Positions 48,382 through 61,263 of a stretch of 64,000 bases of DNA are shown piece after piece (the stretch's first letter is position 1; the number at the start of each line of letters is the position of its first letter). The DNA comes from Podarcis muralis. Lineage: Eukaryota. The notes under the pieces were generated by a model. The model made no database searches and was not told the DNA's origin. It saw only the letters and a list, made by a program, of their open reading frames with translations. The translations under genes were made by a program, and so were the position numbers. The DNA lies in the NCBI RefSeq assembly GCF_964188315.1, contig NC_135667.1:25792001-25856000 (forward strand), given 5' to 3'.

Positions 48382-48820
48382 TGTCAGCATATGAGCTCAT
48401 CGCAGCTGCAGACAGACAGCTTGTTGACATCATGTGATTTGGCTGACTGTGGGAAACAGTGTTCCAGTCAGTTCACAGGGCAGTTCACCGGAATTTGCTC
48501 AGAGTGTAATATGAGACCTTCCTCTTGCGATTGTACAGGAAGTCTTTCTTACTTGTTTGCCAATGTTTGAAGAGAGCAGACATGTTTTCTGTAATGCTGA
48601 AGAGTCAAAAATAAAGGATGTAAATAAACGTTTCTGACTATCTCCTTTCCCTGCCGGGGGAGCAGGAAGGAGTGGGTGTGCTCTTCCCACGCTGGGAAGG
48701 GTCGCCTATCGAGACCTAGCCTGAGCTTGCTGGGGAATGCAGCCAGGGAGGTCACCGGAGACCAAGCCGGGTGCCTGGGAGAGTTGCCAGCTTCTCCCGA
48801 TATAGGCTTGATTTCCAACA
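48382..48820 (+). mobile_element. Solo LTR
   Basis: TGTCAG...CCAACA termini, 5-bp TSD GGTCA (48377-48381, 48821-48825), internal AATAAA. Confidence 0.75.
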
Positions 48821-50929
48821 GGTCAACCTGCCTTTTAGGAGACAATGTTCCACAAAAATGTGACCCCGCTCCAAAATAAGAGGAACTGGACACAAAAGCA
48901 GTAAGGTGAACAGCAAATGATTTAATAAGCATTTTGGACCCTGCTAGACCTTCCTTGGGGGAAAATAAAATAAGTTTATAAAATAATAATTACAAAACAG
49001 AATAATAGGTTATATGACTACCATAACAGTCTTTTTAGATTTCATTACAAGCTAGGAAAAGAAAACAATGTCCTTTTCATGAAAGCATCACAAATAATAT
49101 AAATTGATATGACAAAAGCAAGGAACAACAAATGATATATACAGGGATAGACTGGACAGGATGGGGGGAAATGAGAAAAAATAAAGAAGGTTTTTTTTTG
49201 TAAGACATGGTCCTCAATGGTGGGGAAGAAGAAAGCTCGGAGACAGCATAATTGTAGGAAGAAGGCAAAGTATATAGTGGATGACTGTAATAAAAGGGAA
49301 TATGGAACAGGAATGCCAGATTCCTGCATGAAATGCATAATATACTCATAATATCACAATACAAATCACCTTATAAAATTCCTACTACAAAGCCTTCGGT
49401 TACATCCATTGCCTATTGAATTGTACACTGCATTGACTATATATGCCATTTTACAATAAAATGATAAACAACAGATAATAAAGTACTCATATTCTCTGTG
49501 AGAGCAATCTTATACACAAGAAGCTGGTATAAAGCAAGCCAGCATAAGTTAACCCAGTGTAAAGTTATGTCAAAACCATACTCTGTTCAGGAGCAAGGCA
49601 GCTGCCAACCCAAGCCTGTCAGAAGGAAAACAAGCTTTTAAAAAATAACCTGACTTGTATTATCCATCTTTCCATGTCATGCTACTGCCTAGCTCTGTCA
49701 CCGCCATGCCCCCAGAAAGCCCCTTTTGGTGGGAATTACACTGGTCTCAGCCCAGCTAGTTGGGAATCAACTGGCTGAGCTGATGATCCACCACATCCTA
49801 ACTCACTCATTCCAGTGAATCTTGTCATAAGATTGCCTCCATCCTTTCTATTTTATATACTTTAATATATCCCAAATACAGATTCACTAAATCCTGCTTT
49901 TTATTATTTCTCCACTTATTTGTCTTCACATTGTTGTCCATCTCTGGTTCTGATTAAATTCAATAGATTAACCATATATATTAATTAACCAACAGTCTGT
50001 TGAGATTTTGGCATTCAATCCTTCTTCCTGCAGTTAACAATTTCCAATGTTATCCCTCTGAACTCTATCCTTAAGATATTGAAACAATATCACTAGTGGG
50101 TCATTGGGAAGATCATAACCCAAAATATCCTTTGTTTCACTCAGAAGTAAACTCAAATATATCTGAATTTTCCTGCATGACCACATGATCTGAAATATGT
50201 CAATCACAGGATTTTTGTACTTCCAGCAATTATTTGATGTTCCTATTTAATCTGTTTGGTGCCATCCCAGTCATCACAGAAATAAAGGACCAGCAAATAT
50301 CAGTATGTAACTCCATCCATTAAAAAGCCCCCTTAAGCAGCTGCTGCTACAGCAACAGCAATCACCTAAGCATGCCTTTAATGAAAAACATGGGATTCTT
50401 GTTAGGTAGGTTTGCCATATATTGAACAGCAAAAAAGAGGCCAGCCCAAGCTGCTGCCAGCCGGAGCAGGAAAAAGAGGTGCACAGGTCTGAGGGGCTGC
50501 CACTGCAATGCCCATGCGCCTCTTTCCCTGGCTCAAGCTGGCAGTGGCCATGGTGTGCAGAGAAACCCGTGCCCAAGCCCAAGCTGGCTCCCAGAGAGGA
50601 ATTCATACCTGCTATATAACAACAGTGTGGCATGGCAGTTAAACTAAGGATTGTGCTTCAGTTTGTCATCCAAACTGGGAACAGTAGTTAAGATCTCTCC
50701 TTAACCATGGTGTATAGCCAATAGGCTATGATTAGTAACATTAACCATAAACCCTAGCATAGATGAAAAACTGAGGCAAACCTTAGCACAACTGTCCTGC
50801 TTTGCTGTGGTTAAAATACTAGGGAGGAACAGAGAAGATGTGAACTTCACTCTGGAAACCTGCATATTCACGATGTCACGGTAAAGAATATCTTGGCTTA
50901 CACGGATGTGTGGACAAAGCTTCTGCAGA

Positions 50930-51877
50930 TTATTCTAAAAGCCTGCATTTGCTTATGACCCTCCGTAAAGATTCCTTCACCTCTTTGTTCCTTAGGCTGT
51001 AGATAAGTGGATTGATTAGAGGGGTTAAGACTGTGTAGAAGACTGAAAAGATTTTGTCCACTTCCCGCAGAGCTTTCCTTTTTGGAAGTGCATATACAAA
51101 TATTAAGGATCCATAAAATATAGAAACCACAATAAGGTGGGAAGAACAGGTTGAAAAGGCCTTTTTCCTCCCTGTTGAAGATGGGATCCGTAAGATGGTG
51201 GCTATTATGCACACATAAGACATCAGTGTCAAGAGACAAGAAGGAATAGTGTCTATGGCTGAGACTGTAAGGCCCACCAGTGTCACCAAAGTGGTGTCAC
51301 TGCAAGATAGATTAATCACCGGTGTCAATTCACAAAAGAAATGATCAATTTCACTGGGACCACAGTAATATAGTTGTGACATTAAACTTATTACTATTGT
51401 CATAACTGTAATCCCACATAGCCAGGACCCAGCCGACAAGAGAAAGCAGAGTTTCCCATTCATAAGAGTGGCATAGTGGAGGGGCTTACATATGGCTAAA
51501 TAGCGATCATAGGACATAGCAGCCAACAGGTAGCATTCAGCAACAACTAGGAATCCAAACCAATATAGCTGAGTGAAACAGCCACCAAGAGATATAGTTC
51601 TATCCCCTGTCAGGAAGCTGGCTAACATCCTGGGAAGGAGAGTTGATGTATAGCAGGTTTCCAAACAGGACAAGTTTCCAAGGAAGTAGTACATAGGAGT
51701 GTGAAGGTGATGATCAGAGATTACCAGAGTGATGATTATGATGTTTCCAACCACAGTCACAGTGTAGATGATTATGAACACCATGAAGAATGGAATTTGT
51801 AATTTGGGGTCATTTCCAAATCCCAGAAGGGTAAATGTGGTTATTGCTGTTCCATTGCTTATTCCAAAATTCTCCAT
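50930..51877 (-). CDS. Olfactory receptor (class II), intact, 315 aa
   Basis: NGT, LHTPMYYFLGNLS, MSYDRYLAICKPLHY, KAFSTCSSHL, PLIYSLRNKEV. Confidence 0.97.
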   Translation of the reverse strand: MENFGISNGTAITTFTLLGFGNDPKLQIPFFMVFIIIYTVTVVGNIIIITLVISDHHLHTPMYYFLGNLSCLETCYTSTLLPRMLASFLTGDRTISLGGCFTQLYWFGFLVVAECYLLAAMSYDRYLAICKPLHYATLMNGKLCFLLSAGSWLCGITVMTIVISLMSQLYYCGPSEIDHFFCELTPVINLSCSDTTLVTLVGLTVSAIDTIPSCLLTLMSYVCIIATILRIPSSTGRKKAFSTCSSHLIVVSIFYGSLIFVYALPKRKALREVDKIFSVFYTVLTPLINPLIYSLRNKEVKESLRRVISKCRLLE

Positions 51878-52865
51878 AGGTTCACTGGAGGTTAATTGCT
51901 AAAATTGTTGTTTCCCCAGAATTTTAATATTTCAGATTTCAATGATTGCAATCATTCGAATGAAATTTGGAAGAATTTTGCCTGTAGTTAATGATCATGA
52001 AGTGATACATCTATATAAACGATGAATCGTGGATATAGTTTGGACTGGAGATCAGCTGAAAATTACAACTCGGTTGTGCAGCTCTTTGCGTCACCATTGA
52101 CATCTCATCATCAGTATTTTGCAGACCAGCGAATGCTTATTGATGGCACGCTATATATACTATAAAAACCTTTACAGTTTAAACAGTACAGTAAAAATAT
52201 AGAACAACAAACTGTTGGTGGTGGGTCTGGTTCTCTGACTCCAATCAAGCAGGACTATGCAAAATATGAGCTCCGGTGCTTCTAATACATCTTCATTCAC
52301 TACAATGAAAGGAACACTTTTCAGTGCACTGCCCATTTTACTCAGAAGATTGGATACAGTCCATGATTGCTACCTTTAGCTCCCTTGGAAGTAAATGAGA
52401 GATTTCAGTCATGACTAGCATGTCTCATTGATTTCATTGGGACCAAATTCAACTAACTTATCCTGAATCCATCTCACAGGTACCCCCTGAGGCTTCATTC
52501 ATATTCACTTTCCACAACATGGAATAACTTCCCAGTGATGTGCTCCTACACTGCAAAGCAGGGATGAGCTGAAGGTAATGGCTTTTGATTCCCAATTGTT
52601 TGGCATCAACATTAAATTCACCTGCTGAGAGATAGAAAACTTGAGACAACCTGAAGTATACTCTTATATGAATGGACTGCAAACTCGTTTATTTTTTGGT
52701 AATGAAAACAGCTTAGACTTGTTCCTTCATTCTATCTGTACACATTTAAAACTAACTGTGGTTGGTATATTCTTTAGTTCTTGTTTTAAGTAGATTATGA
52801 TTCTGGCCATGCTTCATGTAGGGAGAAAATATGACTAAACATTGCCACAGAGGAAGGGCTGTTTA

Positions 52866-53556
52866 TGTTGGGATTTTTATGCCTACATGCCATTTGATGC
52901 AGCTTCTCACAAAAGCAGTTAAGAAGTTGACTGAAGGCCAAGAAGACTGAGCAGAGGGGGTTATTCTGCCTAGAGATATGGGAGCTTGGATACAACTCTG
53001 CTATTGGTCGAGGTCTCTACATAGGCATGATAACTCATGACCTTCCTTGGCTGGATAGTTGGTTGGTCAGTGTATGTTCTGAGAGCCATCTGGAGTATGT
53101 TAAGTGAGAGAGTTAAGATCCGTGTCTGTATCCTTTATATAGTAACTTGTGAGTCTGCTGTAAATAATAAAACACCTATAAGTTACTGGTAGCAGCGTCT
53201 TGTTCCTGCTTCATCCTTCCTGCCCACAACTGATTGCTTCTGGAAGTCCGCGTATGCTCTGCTATACAGTGGTACCTGAGGTTAAGTACTTACTTCGTTC
53301 CGGAGGTCCGTTCTTAACCTGAAACTGTTCTTAACCTGAAGCACCACTTTAGCTAATGGGGCCTCCTGCTGCCGCCCTGCCGCCGGAGCTTGCTTATCCT
53401 GAAGCAAAGTTCTTAACCTGAAGCACTATTTCTGTTCTTAACCTGAAACACTATTTCTGGGTTAGCGGAGTCTGTAACCTGAAGCGTATGTAACCTTGAG
53501 GTACCACTGTATTCAACTGCAATCCTGCAACAGGTTAAAGTTGTGAAATACCAATA
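52866..53556 (+). mobile_element. Solo LTR carrying a nested MITE
   Basis: TGTTGG...CCAATA (terminal CA decayed), 5-bp TSD GTTTA (52861-52865, 53557-53561). The paralogue has an empty site with a single GTTTA at 63220-63224. Confidence 0.88.
53267..53509. mobile_element. Tc1/mariner (Tigger-like) MITE nested in the LTR
   Basis: TA|CAGTGGTACCTGAGG ... TGAGGTACCACTG|TA. Confidence 0.92.
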
Positions 53557-53768
53557 GTTTACAAGGGTCTTTCCTCCTTACTGGCACCCTCTCTCTCAAT
53601 TGAATAACAGTTTGTAAAGAGGGACACACACCAAAGAGTAAAATCCAAGGAAGCAGAAGAACATCAGTTGCTGCAGATGTTTGAAGTTAAGCAAGATAAT
53701 TCAGAAGTGATGAAGTGATAGATAAGTAATTGCAAGGAGAACAAATGTAAGAAGTATCAAATAACAGC

Positions 53769-53816
<48 letters not shown>
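53769..53816. repeat. (ATT)n microsatellite
   Basis: About 15 units. Confidence 0.98.
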
Positions 53817-53817
<1 letters not shown>

Positions 53818-54449
53818 AATCTGCCTTCTGGAATGGATTCCTGGATAATTGCAGCTTCTTGAATGCATTTGTATTTCATTTATCAGTGTCCAATACAATT
53901 TTCATGAAAATGGTATGCACTGTGATACTTGAGGCCAATTTGGGTGTTTTTCCCAAACAAAAAGGTCTGATGAATTTCAAGGGGAAATCAAAAAAAAGGT
54001 TAACAAATCTTTAGGGAGAGTCATGTGAGAGCCACAAGAATGCTATTCAGAAAATATATCTGTTTTACTCATGTTCCATGGGCTACAACTCAACACAGTA
54101 ATGCTAAACTAATTGAAATTAATGCCCATTTCTGTGTTGCCAAAGATTGAAACTATACACCAACTTTCCTGAGAGTGCCATTCAGCTTAATGGGACTTAG
54201 TTCTGTGTACGCATGTATAGGTCTGTACTGTAAATGTTTGGCAAATAGTGAAATTAATGTCCTGGTTTTTGCATTGCAGAGGAAAGACAATTGGAGCGTG
54301 CACACACACGCAGAGAGAGAGAGAGAACTTTCTCTTTATGTCATTTGCTTTTCCAGCAATGATCTGTAAGGAATGTGAAATTTTAAAATAGGCAGACACA
54401 TCTAGTGAAAATAAGTGATTGGGTGTGAGGAGAATAATAATAATGTTAC

Positions 54450-54700
54450 CATTCCTCTTGACCGTCAGATGGAACCAAGGCAGAACAGCTTAGTGATTCA
54501 TTTCCTCAGCTGTGATGATCACAACTTGTCCAGCCGCTTCACATGACAGCATCTCATGCTAACATGTTTTGCAAGAAGAGGGATTATATAAGAAGTTGGA
54601 AATGGTCACAAGGGATCAGTATGAAGAACAACCTCTTGAGTTTTCCAAGAAGAGCTGCACTTAAATTGCTCTTCTGGGAAAAGGGGGCATATTCCCTTTG
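54450..54700 (-). promoter_or_regulatory. Candidate promoter and non-coding exon 1 of OR 50930-51877
   Basis: Block conserved with 63285-63520. EBF/Olf-1-like TCACAAGGGA (54606-54615), TATA-like TATATAA on minus (54590-54584), donor G|GTAACA at 54449. Confidence 0.45.
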
Positions 54701-54810
54701 TAAAATGATGGTTCTACTTTAATTAAGAATGTATTGTAGATATCAATATTGTGCAGTTTGAAGTGATTGGAAGCTTAATAATGCACTCCTTGTGTGTGTT
54801 TCTGTAAATA

Positions 54811-55930
54811 TTTTTTTTTATTGATTTTACAATTTTAACTTCAACAATTATTCTTTGTAAAAAAGAAAACAAAAGCAAAAACACAAAACAGAAACAACAA
54901 AAACAACAACAAAAATATAAAAACATAAACATAAAACATCAACACTTTTTTTCAATATATAAACATCATCTCTTTCTTTTGGGGAGGTTCTCTTTAACCT
55001 CCTGACTTTCCTCCATTCCCTTTTCTGGTTCATTGAATGTATACATTTTCTGCATAATTATAATTAAACCTCTTGTTCTTATTCTCATTATTTTATCAAC
55101 ATTTAACTGATTACCATCAAACCTTAATATCTCAATTCGAATTTCCTTTCTTTAACTTTATCTCATTTTTAACTGCTTGCAAATATTTAATCAAAGCCTC
55201 CCAATGTTTCTACTTGTTTGCAATATTTTTGTTCATACACAATAAAGGTTTCCCAATTTTTTTGAAATTTTTCATTATCAATGTCTCTAAGCTTTTCTGT
55301 GAGTTTAGCTATTTCAGCATAGTCCATCAATTTCAGTTCCATTCTTCTATTGTTGGTATCATGTCTTCCTTCAATTTTGGGCTAATAGAATCTGGGCTGT
55401 TGTTGTTGCGTGCATAAACAATTTATTCTTTTCCGTCAAGATTTGGCTTCCTGTTATTCCTAATTCTGTTTTTTTTAATAAAAGTCAATTTAAACATTTT
55501 CTTCAATTCGTTATATATCATTTCCCAGTAACTTTTAACCATTTAACGTTCCCACCACATGTGGTAAAAGGTACCCTCTTTTTCTTTGAATTTCTTTGAA
55601 TTTCCAACATTTATTAGAACTTGTTCTATACATTTAGCAAGTTTTACCAATGTTAGGTACCAACAGTACATCAATTTCATGTAGTTCTCTTTCAGTGTTG
55701 TACATGCAGTGAATTTCAGATTCACCTTCCAAATTTCCCCCAATCACTCATTTGAATATTATGTCCCAGATCTTTTGCCCACTTAACCATCACACATTGA
55801 ACCTCTTCATCCTTTGTTTCCCATTCTAGCAGCAAGCTGTACATTTTCTTCAATAATTTTAATTCAATAATCTTTTAAATCTGGATATTGAGTAACTAAA
55901 ATCTATCTTTTTATCTTCTTTAAAAATCTC
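54811..55930 (-). mobile_element. L1-clade LINE 3' fragment
   Basis: ORF2 C-terminal remnant IWKVNLKFTAC..LKENYMKLMY.WYLT...EGTFYHMWW, 3' UTR, AATAAA + poly(A) at 54824-54811. Confidence 0.85.
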
Positions 55931-56008
55931 ATTTAGTTGAAAATATTGTAACTGATCTGTTATCTTTTCTCTTATTTCCTCAAATTTTCTTAATTTTAAT
56001 TGATTTTC

Positions 56009-56009
<1 letters not shown>

Positions 56010-56054
<45 letters not shown>
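56010..56054. repeat. (ATT)n microsatellite
   Basis: About 15 units. Confidence 0.98.
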
Positions 56055-56675
56055 TTCAGTTAAACAGAAAACATCATGTTTTAGTTTTTGACTGTTTGTT
56101 TTGGTTTGTTTTCTGTTTAATTGATTTTCCATTTCAATTAGGAGCTCTCTATATGTTGGCCAATTTGCCCTCATATTTATCTTTTTGAGAGATATTGCTT
56201 CCAGATATTGCTTTCAGAGAAAGACTAACAGCCATCACCCTTTCCAGATGGTGAATTTGAAACTCAATAGCCTCAACACATGATCAAATGCTACTTTAGT
56301 TTAGAGCAACAGAAAACAATCTAGAGGCAATCATTAACCCATTTAGGAGCTAAAAAAACTACAGTGGTAAAACCCTGTGTTAGCAATACACATTTAGACT
56401 TTTTTCATTTTAAAGCTTCATTAATACACAGGAATTTTCCCTTTTTAGTGTCAATTAAACCAATTATACCTAACAGAATGTGTCAGTGGGTGCTGTGAAA
56501 GTGTGGAAGTGAGATAGGAATAATTACTCCTCAAAACTTGGTTCATTTGGAGGGCTAAACTGACTTCAGTCTATCATTACTTGATGAATGTGTGGTGCCA
56601 GGTGTTGGATGAACAACACTGTGACCATATTGGATCCTGTGGTTTGTAAGAAGTCTATCAAAATTAGCCAAGGAC

Positions 56676-58794
56676 TGGTTCCAATATTATCAATTATTTG
56701 AAACCTTCAAATGTGATAAATGTGATTAAAAAAGAGGATTTTTTGACAGAGATTTCCAGATTTGAATCAGATCTAGTAAATTCTAAAACTACAACCCTTT
56801 CCAAAACATACCAACTCCTCCTGGACTGGGAAGTCAAGGAGGAGGAGGTTAAGTCCACAATGATCACATGGGTCCAAGACTTTGGTTACAACATAGAGAT
56901 GAGCCGGGGAAAGGTTATGGACCACCGGCATGAAATTTACGGCATGTAGTGCCTTAAAAGAAAACATTATGAAAATGATGTACAGGTGGTACATGACCCC
57001 AGTCAAACTTGCAAAGATATATCATTTGTCTGATAATAAATGTTGGAAATGTAAGGAGGCTGAAGGAACATTCTTTCACCTCTGGTGGACATGCCCGAAG
57101 GTGAAGGCTTTTTGGGAAATGATTTACAATGAGTTGAAAAAGGTACTTAAGTATACCTTTCACAAGAAACCAGAAGCCTTCCTTTTGGGCATTGTGGGCC
57201 AGAGAGTGTCAAAGAAGGATAGAACTTTCTTTTTATATGCAACCACTGCAGCAAGAATCCTTATAGCTAAATACTGGAAGGCACAGGAGTTACCCACGCT
57301 GGAAGAATGGCATACGCAACTGATGGACTATATGGAATTGGCCGAAATGACTGGCAGAATCCGGGACCTGGGAGAAGAGGCAGTGGAAGAGGACTGGAAA
57401 AAATTTAAGGATTATTTACAAAAATATTATAAGTTATACGAATGTTGAGAATTTGCTAAGTTTTTTTGGAATAACATGCTTCAGTATTGAGATTTGAAAA
57501 TGGTGGAAATTAAGTTATGACTGTGAAAAGTCCAAATTTTAGAGTAAATGTTCCTATTTCTGGGATTGATGATGGAAAGAAGTTAACCAATAATACGTAC
57601 TCTAAATCTAAAATATAATTAGATGAAAGTACAAAAACGCATGAAACAAGATATTAATTTGCTGATATTTGTTTATTACAAAGAATGCAGGGTGCGGAAG
57701 ATGTGGGGAAGTCCAGTGGATTATGAAAAAATGTTTGAAACTGTGAATTTTCTTTTTTCTATTTTCTGTTTCTTTCTTTTGTAAAACTGCTTTCGCTGAG
57801 TTATTGATGATGTACTTGACCTGGGAAAAAAGCAATAAAAAATATATATAAAAAAAAAAACAACAACATAGAGATGAGCCAAAGGGAACACCTGTGGAAA
57901 GTAAATTGGAACTTTACGGCATGCTATACATTAAGGGAGAACCATCAAAAGATGTTATACCACTGGTATCTAACCCCTTCTAAACTCTCCAAAATGTACA
58001 AAAGTGTGCCTAATATATGTTGGAGATACGGAGAACCAGGTGCTCCATATGTGGTGGGTTTATAAAAAGATCAAAACCTTCTCGAATGACATACATACTC
58101 AGCTTCAAATAATGTTAAATAGATCCTCCCCCCCCCCAAAAAAAAACCAGAATCATTTTTATTGGGTATTATAGGAGCAGATGTAGGCAGGAAGATAAGG
58201 AAAATCTTTCTGTATGCCACCACAGCCACGATAGTACTTATAGCAAAACATTTGAAGAGTGACCAAATCCCCATCAGATCAGAATTGGTAGAAATTACTA
58301 AAATTGGTAGAATAAGCTGAACTAGATAGTCTCTCAGAAAAGATTAAAGATAAGCAAAAACGGGAGTTCATTGATAACTGGAAACCTCTAAAGAATTACT
58401 TAAAAAATAAGTGTTGCAATCTGAATTCAGTGGCAGCTTTTGAATAAGCTCTGTAAATAAAGGTTAAATGGGTTAAAGTAGAGTGATATACGTAGATATA
58501 AATATATTATAAATATATATGATTATATAAATATAATATAAATATATATGATCTAGAGTAATATACATAGATGCATATTAATATTTTATTATGATTTTGC
58601 TGATAAATTTAGGTAATAGGTTGATGGGAGTGAAAAGATGTTGAGAAGGACGGGAAATCAAATTTATGAAGATATATACTTCTTTGTTGGAATTTTTATT
58701 TTGATGAGTTTGATCTACAGTCTATAAAATGTCTTTGATGTATGGATGCAACTACAGTTAATAAAGCATAATAAATAAATAAATAAATAATAAA
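56676..58794 (+). mobile_element. Older L1-clade LINE 3' fragment (host), interrupted by 56906-57862
   Basis: WFQYYQLFE...WVQDFGYNIEMS|QREHLWKVNWNFTACYTLRENHQKMLYHWYLTP reads in frame once the insert is removed; (AAAT)n tail at about 58770-58794; absent at the paralogous site near 63745. Confidence 0.85.
56906..57862 (+). mobile_element. Younger 5'-truncated L1 nested in the host L1
   Basis: Open 172-aa ORF2 C-terminus with a zf-RVT-type CWKC...GTFFHLWWTC motif, AATAAA + poly(A), perfect 18-bp TSD ACAACATAGAGATGAGCC (56888-56905, 57863-57880). Confidence 0.92.
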
Positions 58795-59110
58795 CCTACA
58801 ATTAAATCATCAATTAAGACAGGCAGCTTAGGCAGACAGCTTAATAGGCCAGCTGAATGTTAATATATCAACAAGAAGTGCATTCCATAATACCTATCAG
58901 GGACTGGGCAGAGGAGAAATGGTGGAGACCCCCTCCCCAGCTTGACCCTTGTAAGGAGGAGGAAGAGGAAGACAGTTTAGATTTACAACAGGGGTTTTAG
59001 GAATGTCATGGGTCAGAGGCAGATGAGGGTGTTAAAGAAATTTGCCCATAAATTGTTGCCTTCCTTAAGTGATTTGCAACTACCAAGAAGGCACGTTTTA
59101 GGCTCTTAAA

Positions 59111-59736
59111 TGTTGGGAGTAAAGAACAGAGACCAAACCGGGAAAATTTGTAGCAAGGCGGCTTGTAAGCCTGATCTTTATTGAAAACAAAGAAATGACT
59201 GTTGCAACAGGGTTCCTTGCTTCACGAGAAGGAATCCCAAAGGCAAGCCCTGATATTTATACACTTGGTTTTTCATACAGGACAATACAAGTACATGGAT
59301 TACAGAAGAGACAGACTAGGCATGGCATGAATGGATTTGCAGGTGAGTGACACTTGGGGAAAACATCTGTGTTAACAACAGTTCTTGTGGGTGATTTGCA
59401 TTGTTTTTCCTGGGTGGTGTCAGTAAGAAGCTTATGCAAACTTGTTTGTGACATATTTACTGATATTTTTTCTTGTTTGCAGAGTGATCGGAGTGACACC
59501 TGGAGCGGGCTGATAAGGAGGGAAACAGGATTTGAGCGTTTTGCCTGTGGGATGTCAAGGATATGCAGGAAGATAGTAATGATCACTTTTAAATAAAGTT
59601 GCATTTTGTGAATGAGAGTACGTGTTTTTTTGTGAATGAATGTATGAGATTCATGCATGGTAGACTCAATAGATGGCACTGCACCACTGAGGCCACCTCT
59701 GACAGGTATCCATTACTTTATCTTTCCCTTGCAACA
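59111..59736 (-). mobile_element. Possible solo LTR
   Basis: TGTTGG...GCAACA termini, antisense AATAAAG and TATAAAT; flanks TAAA/TAAT match only 3 of 4. Confidence 0.35.
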
Positions 59737-60042
59737 TAATAGATACATTTTATATTCATGAAGTTACAATTTTACACTACTAAAGTTACATTTGGTATAG
59801 ACACACAAGCTTCTTTAAAATCAAGAGATGTTACAATGTTTCTGTAAAAAGGCAAATTAATATAGTGTGGCAGGAGAGAAGGGGAAGGGAGAAGCAGGGA
59901 GAGGGACAAGCAGAATACAGCAGAATACATGCATGTGTGAAAACATGAGCATTTACAGGTTTCAGTACAGTACAAGAACACGTGGAAACCCCTTTTTTGT
60001 GAGCAGGAAGGATCTGTCCTTTATTGATACAGGAACATATAC

Positions 60043-60444
60043 TGTTTTGTGTTAACATTCTTACAAGGGGGGAAGTTGGGAAATAATGGGAGAGAAGGAG
60101 GAGGAAACACCAGGGGGGTGACAGCTGATAGACACAGTGTCTTTAGAAAGCATTTCAGACCCAGCCCTCTCTCAGAACCCAGCGAGCCTTGAAAGTAGGA
60201 GAGCAAAGAGCTCAAAGACAAAGGCCACGTAGTACCACCCACAGGAGAGACAACGAGGATGACAAACGAGGAACTGGGAGAGACAGGGGGTGGAGATTCA
60301 CTATGGACAATGCCATTATCCAAGAGGTTGGGTTCTATAGCCTCTTTCTGTAAATACTGAATAAAAAGTGTATGGTAAGAAACATTTCCATGTCTTTGTA
60401 TGTTCCTGGGCAGCTGGCCGGGAGTCGCTGGCAGCAGCCTGACA
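60043..60444 (+). mobile_element. Solo LTR
   Basis: TGTTTT...CTGACA termini, 4-bp TSD ATAC (60039-60042, 60445-60448), AATAAA at about 60360. Confidence 0.75.
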
Positions 60445-61263
60445 ATACCAGTGCTACCCTGAAAAATATTGTTGGGTTCAAAGAAATGTTAAATACCACT
60501 GGGGGGAAATGGTGCCTTATAGGACCCCGCTGACGATCATCTGACTGGTGGTGCCTGCAGTGTCGCTTTTGGCATAGCTAGAACTTTACCTGTCCCACAT
60601 GTGACATCATGAGTCCCTGTCAGGGGAACAGGTTGGGTATAACTAAATATATGATGACGACAACAATGATGATGATGGATGGCATCATATTTGCCACATC
60701 ATTCAAGTGGGAAAGGTGGCTCAAATGAGTAGGTCTTTTAGGTCTAATAAGGCCATGGGCTGGAGTTTCCTCACTCATATTAATAAGAAAATGCTTGCAT
60801 ATGTGCCATGGGACTACCATATGTTTATCTGCAAAATCAAAACAGTGGCTAAATAAAAGGCATTCTGGCAATCTGGGGAAAAAATAGCTCTACATCTATG
60901 TTTACTGTACAGTCTTGCAATATATGTATTCTGGGCTGCTTCACATGGCATGGCAAATTAAAGTGTGGCATGCAGCAAATTGAATAAACATGTTGGATCG
61001 CAGAAGCAGGTCACATCAGCTTTACTCTTCCTTATTTACTAACTACAGAAGGCACAACAGTTAATCTAAAATTTGAACCATGATCCACATTTCTTATAAA
61101 TCACTAAGGTGAAACCTTAGCATAATTGCCATGCTGTGTTGTGGTTAAATTACTCAGAAGGAACAGAGAATATGTGAACTTCTTCCTGGGAGCCTACACA
61201 TCCACAAGGTCATGGTAAGGCATACTTGGGCTAATGCTGATGTGTGGACAAGGCCTCTGTAAA

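Larger units (their letters stand above)
50770..58850. repeat. Segmental duplication, copy 1 (copy 2 at about 61105-63780); expanded by TE insertions
   Basis: Colinear matches: 3' flank, OR CDS, 51900-52865 ~ 62230-63224, 54430-54700 ~ 63285-63520, 56477-56675 ~ 63540-63745, 58795-58830 ~ 63750-63775. Confidence 0.88.

Noticed and set aside
49800-50100. Possible very old antisense L1 ORF2 end
   Set aside because: Similarity is too weak to support by eye.
53701-56188. Poly-I, poly-N and poly-Y ORFs
   Set aside because: They are translations of (ATT)n microsatellites.
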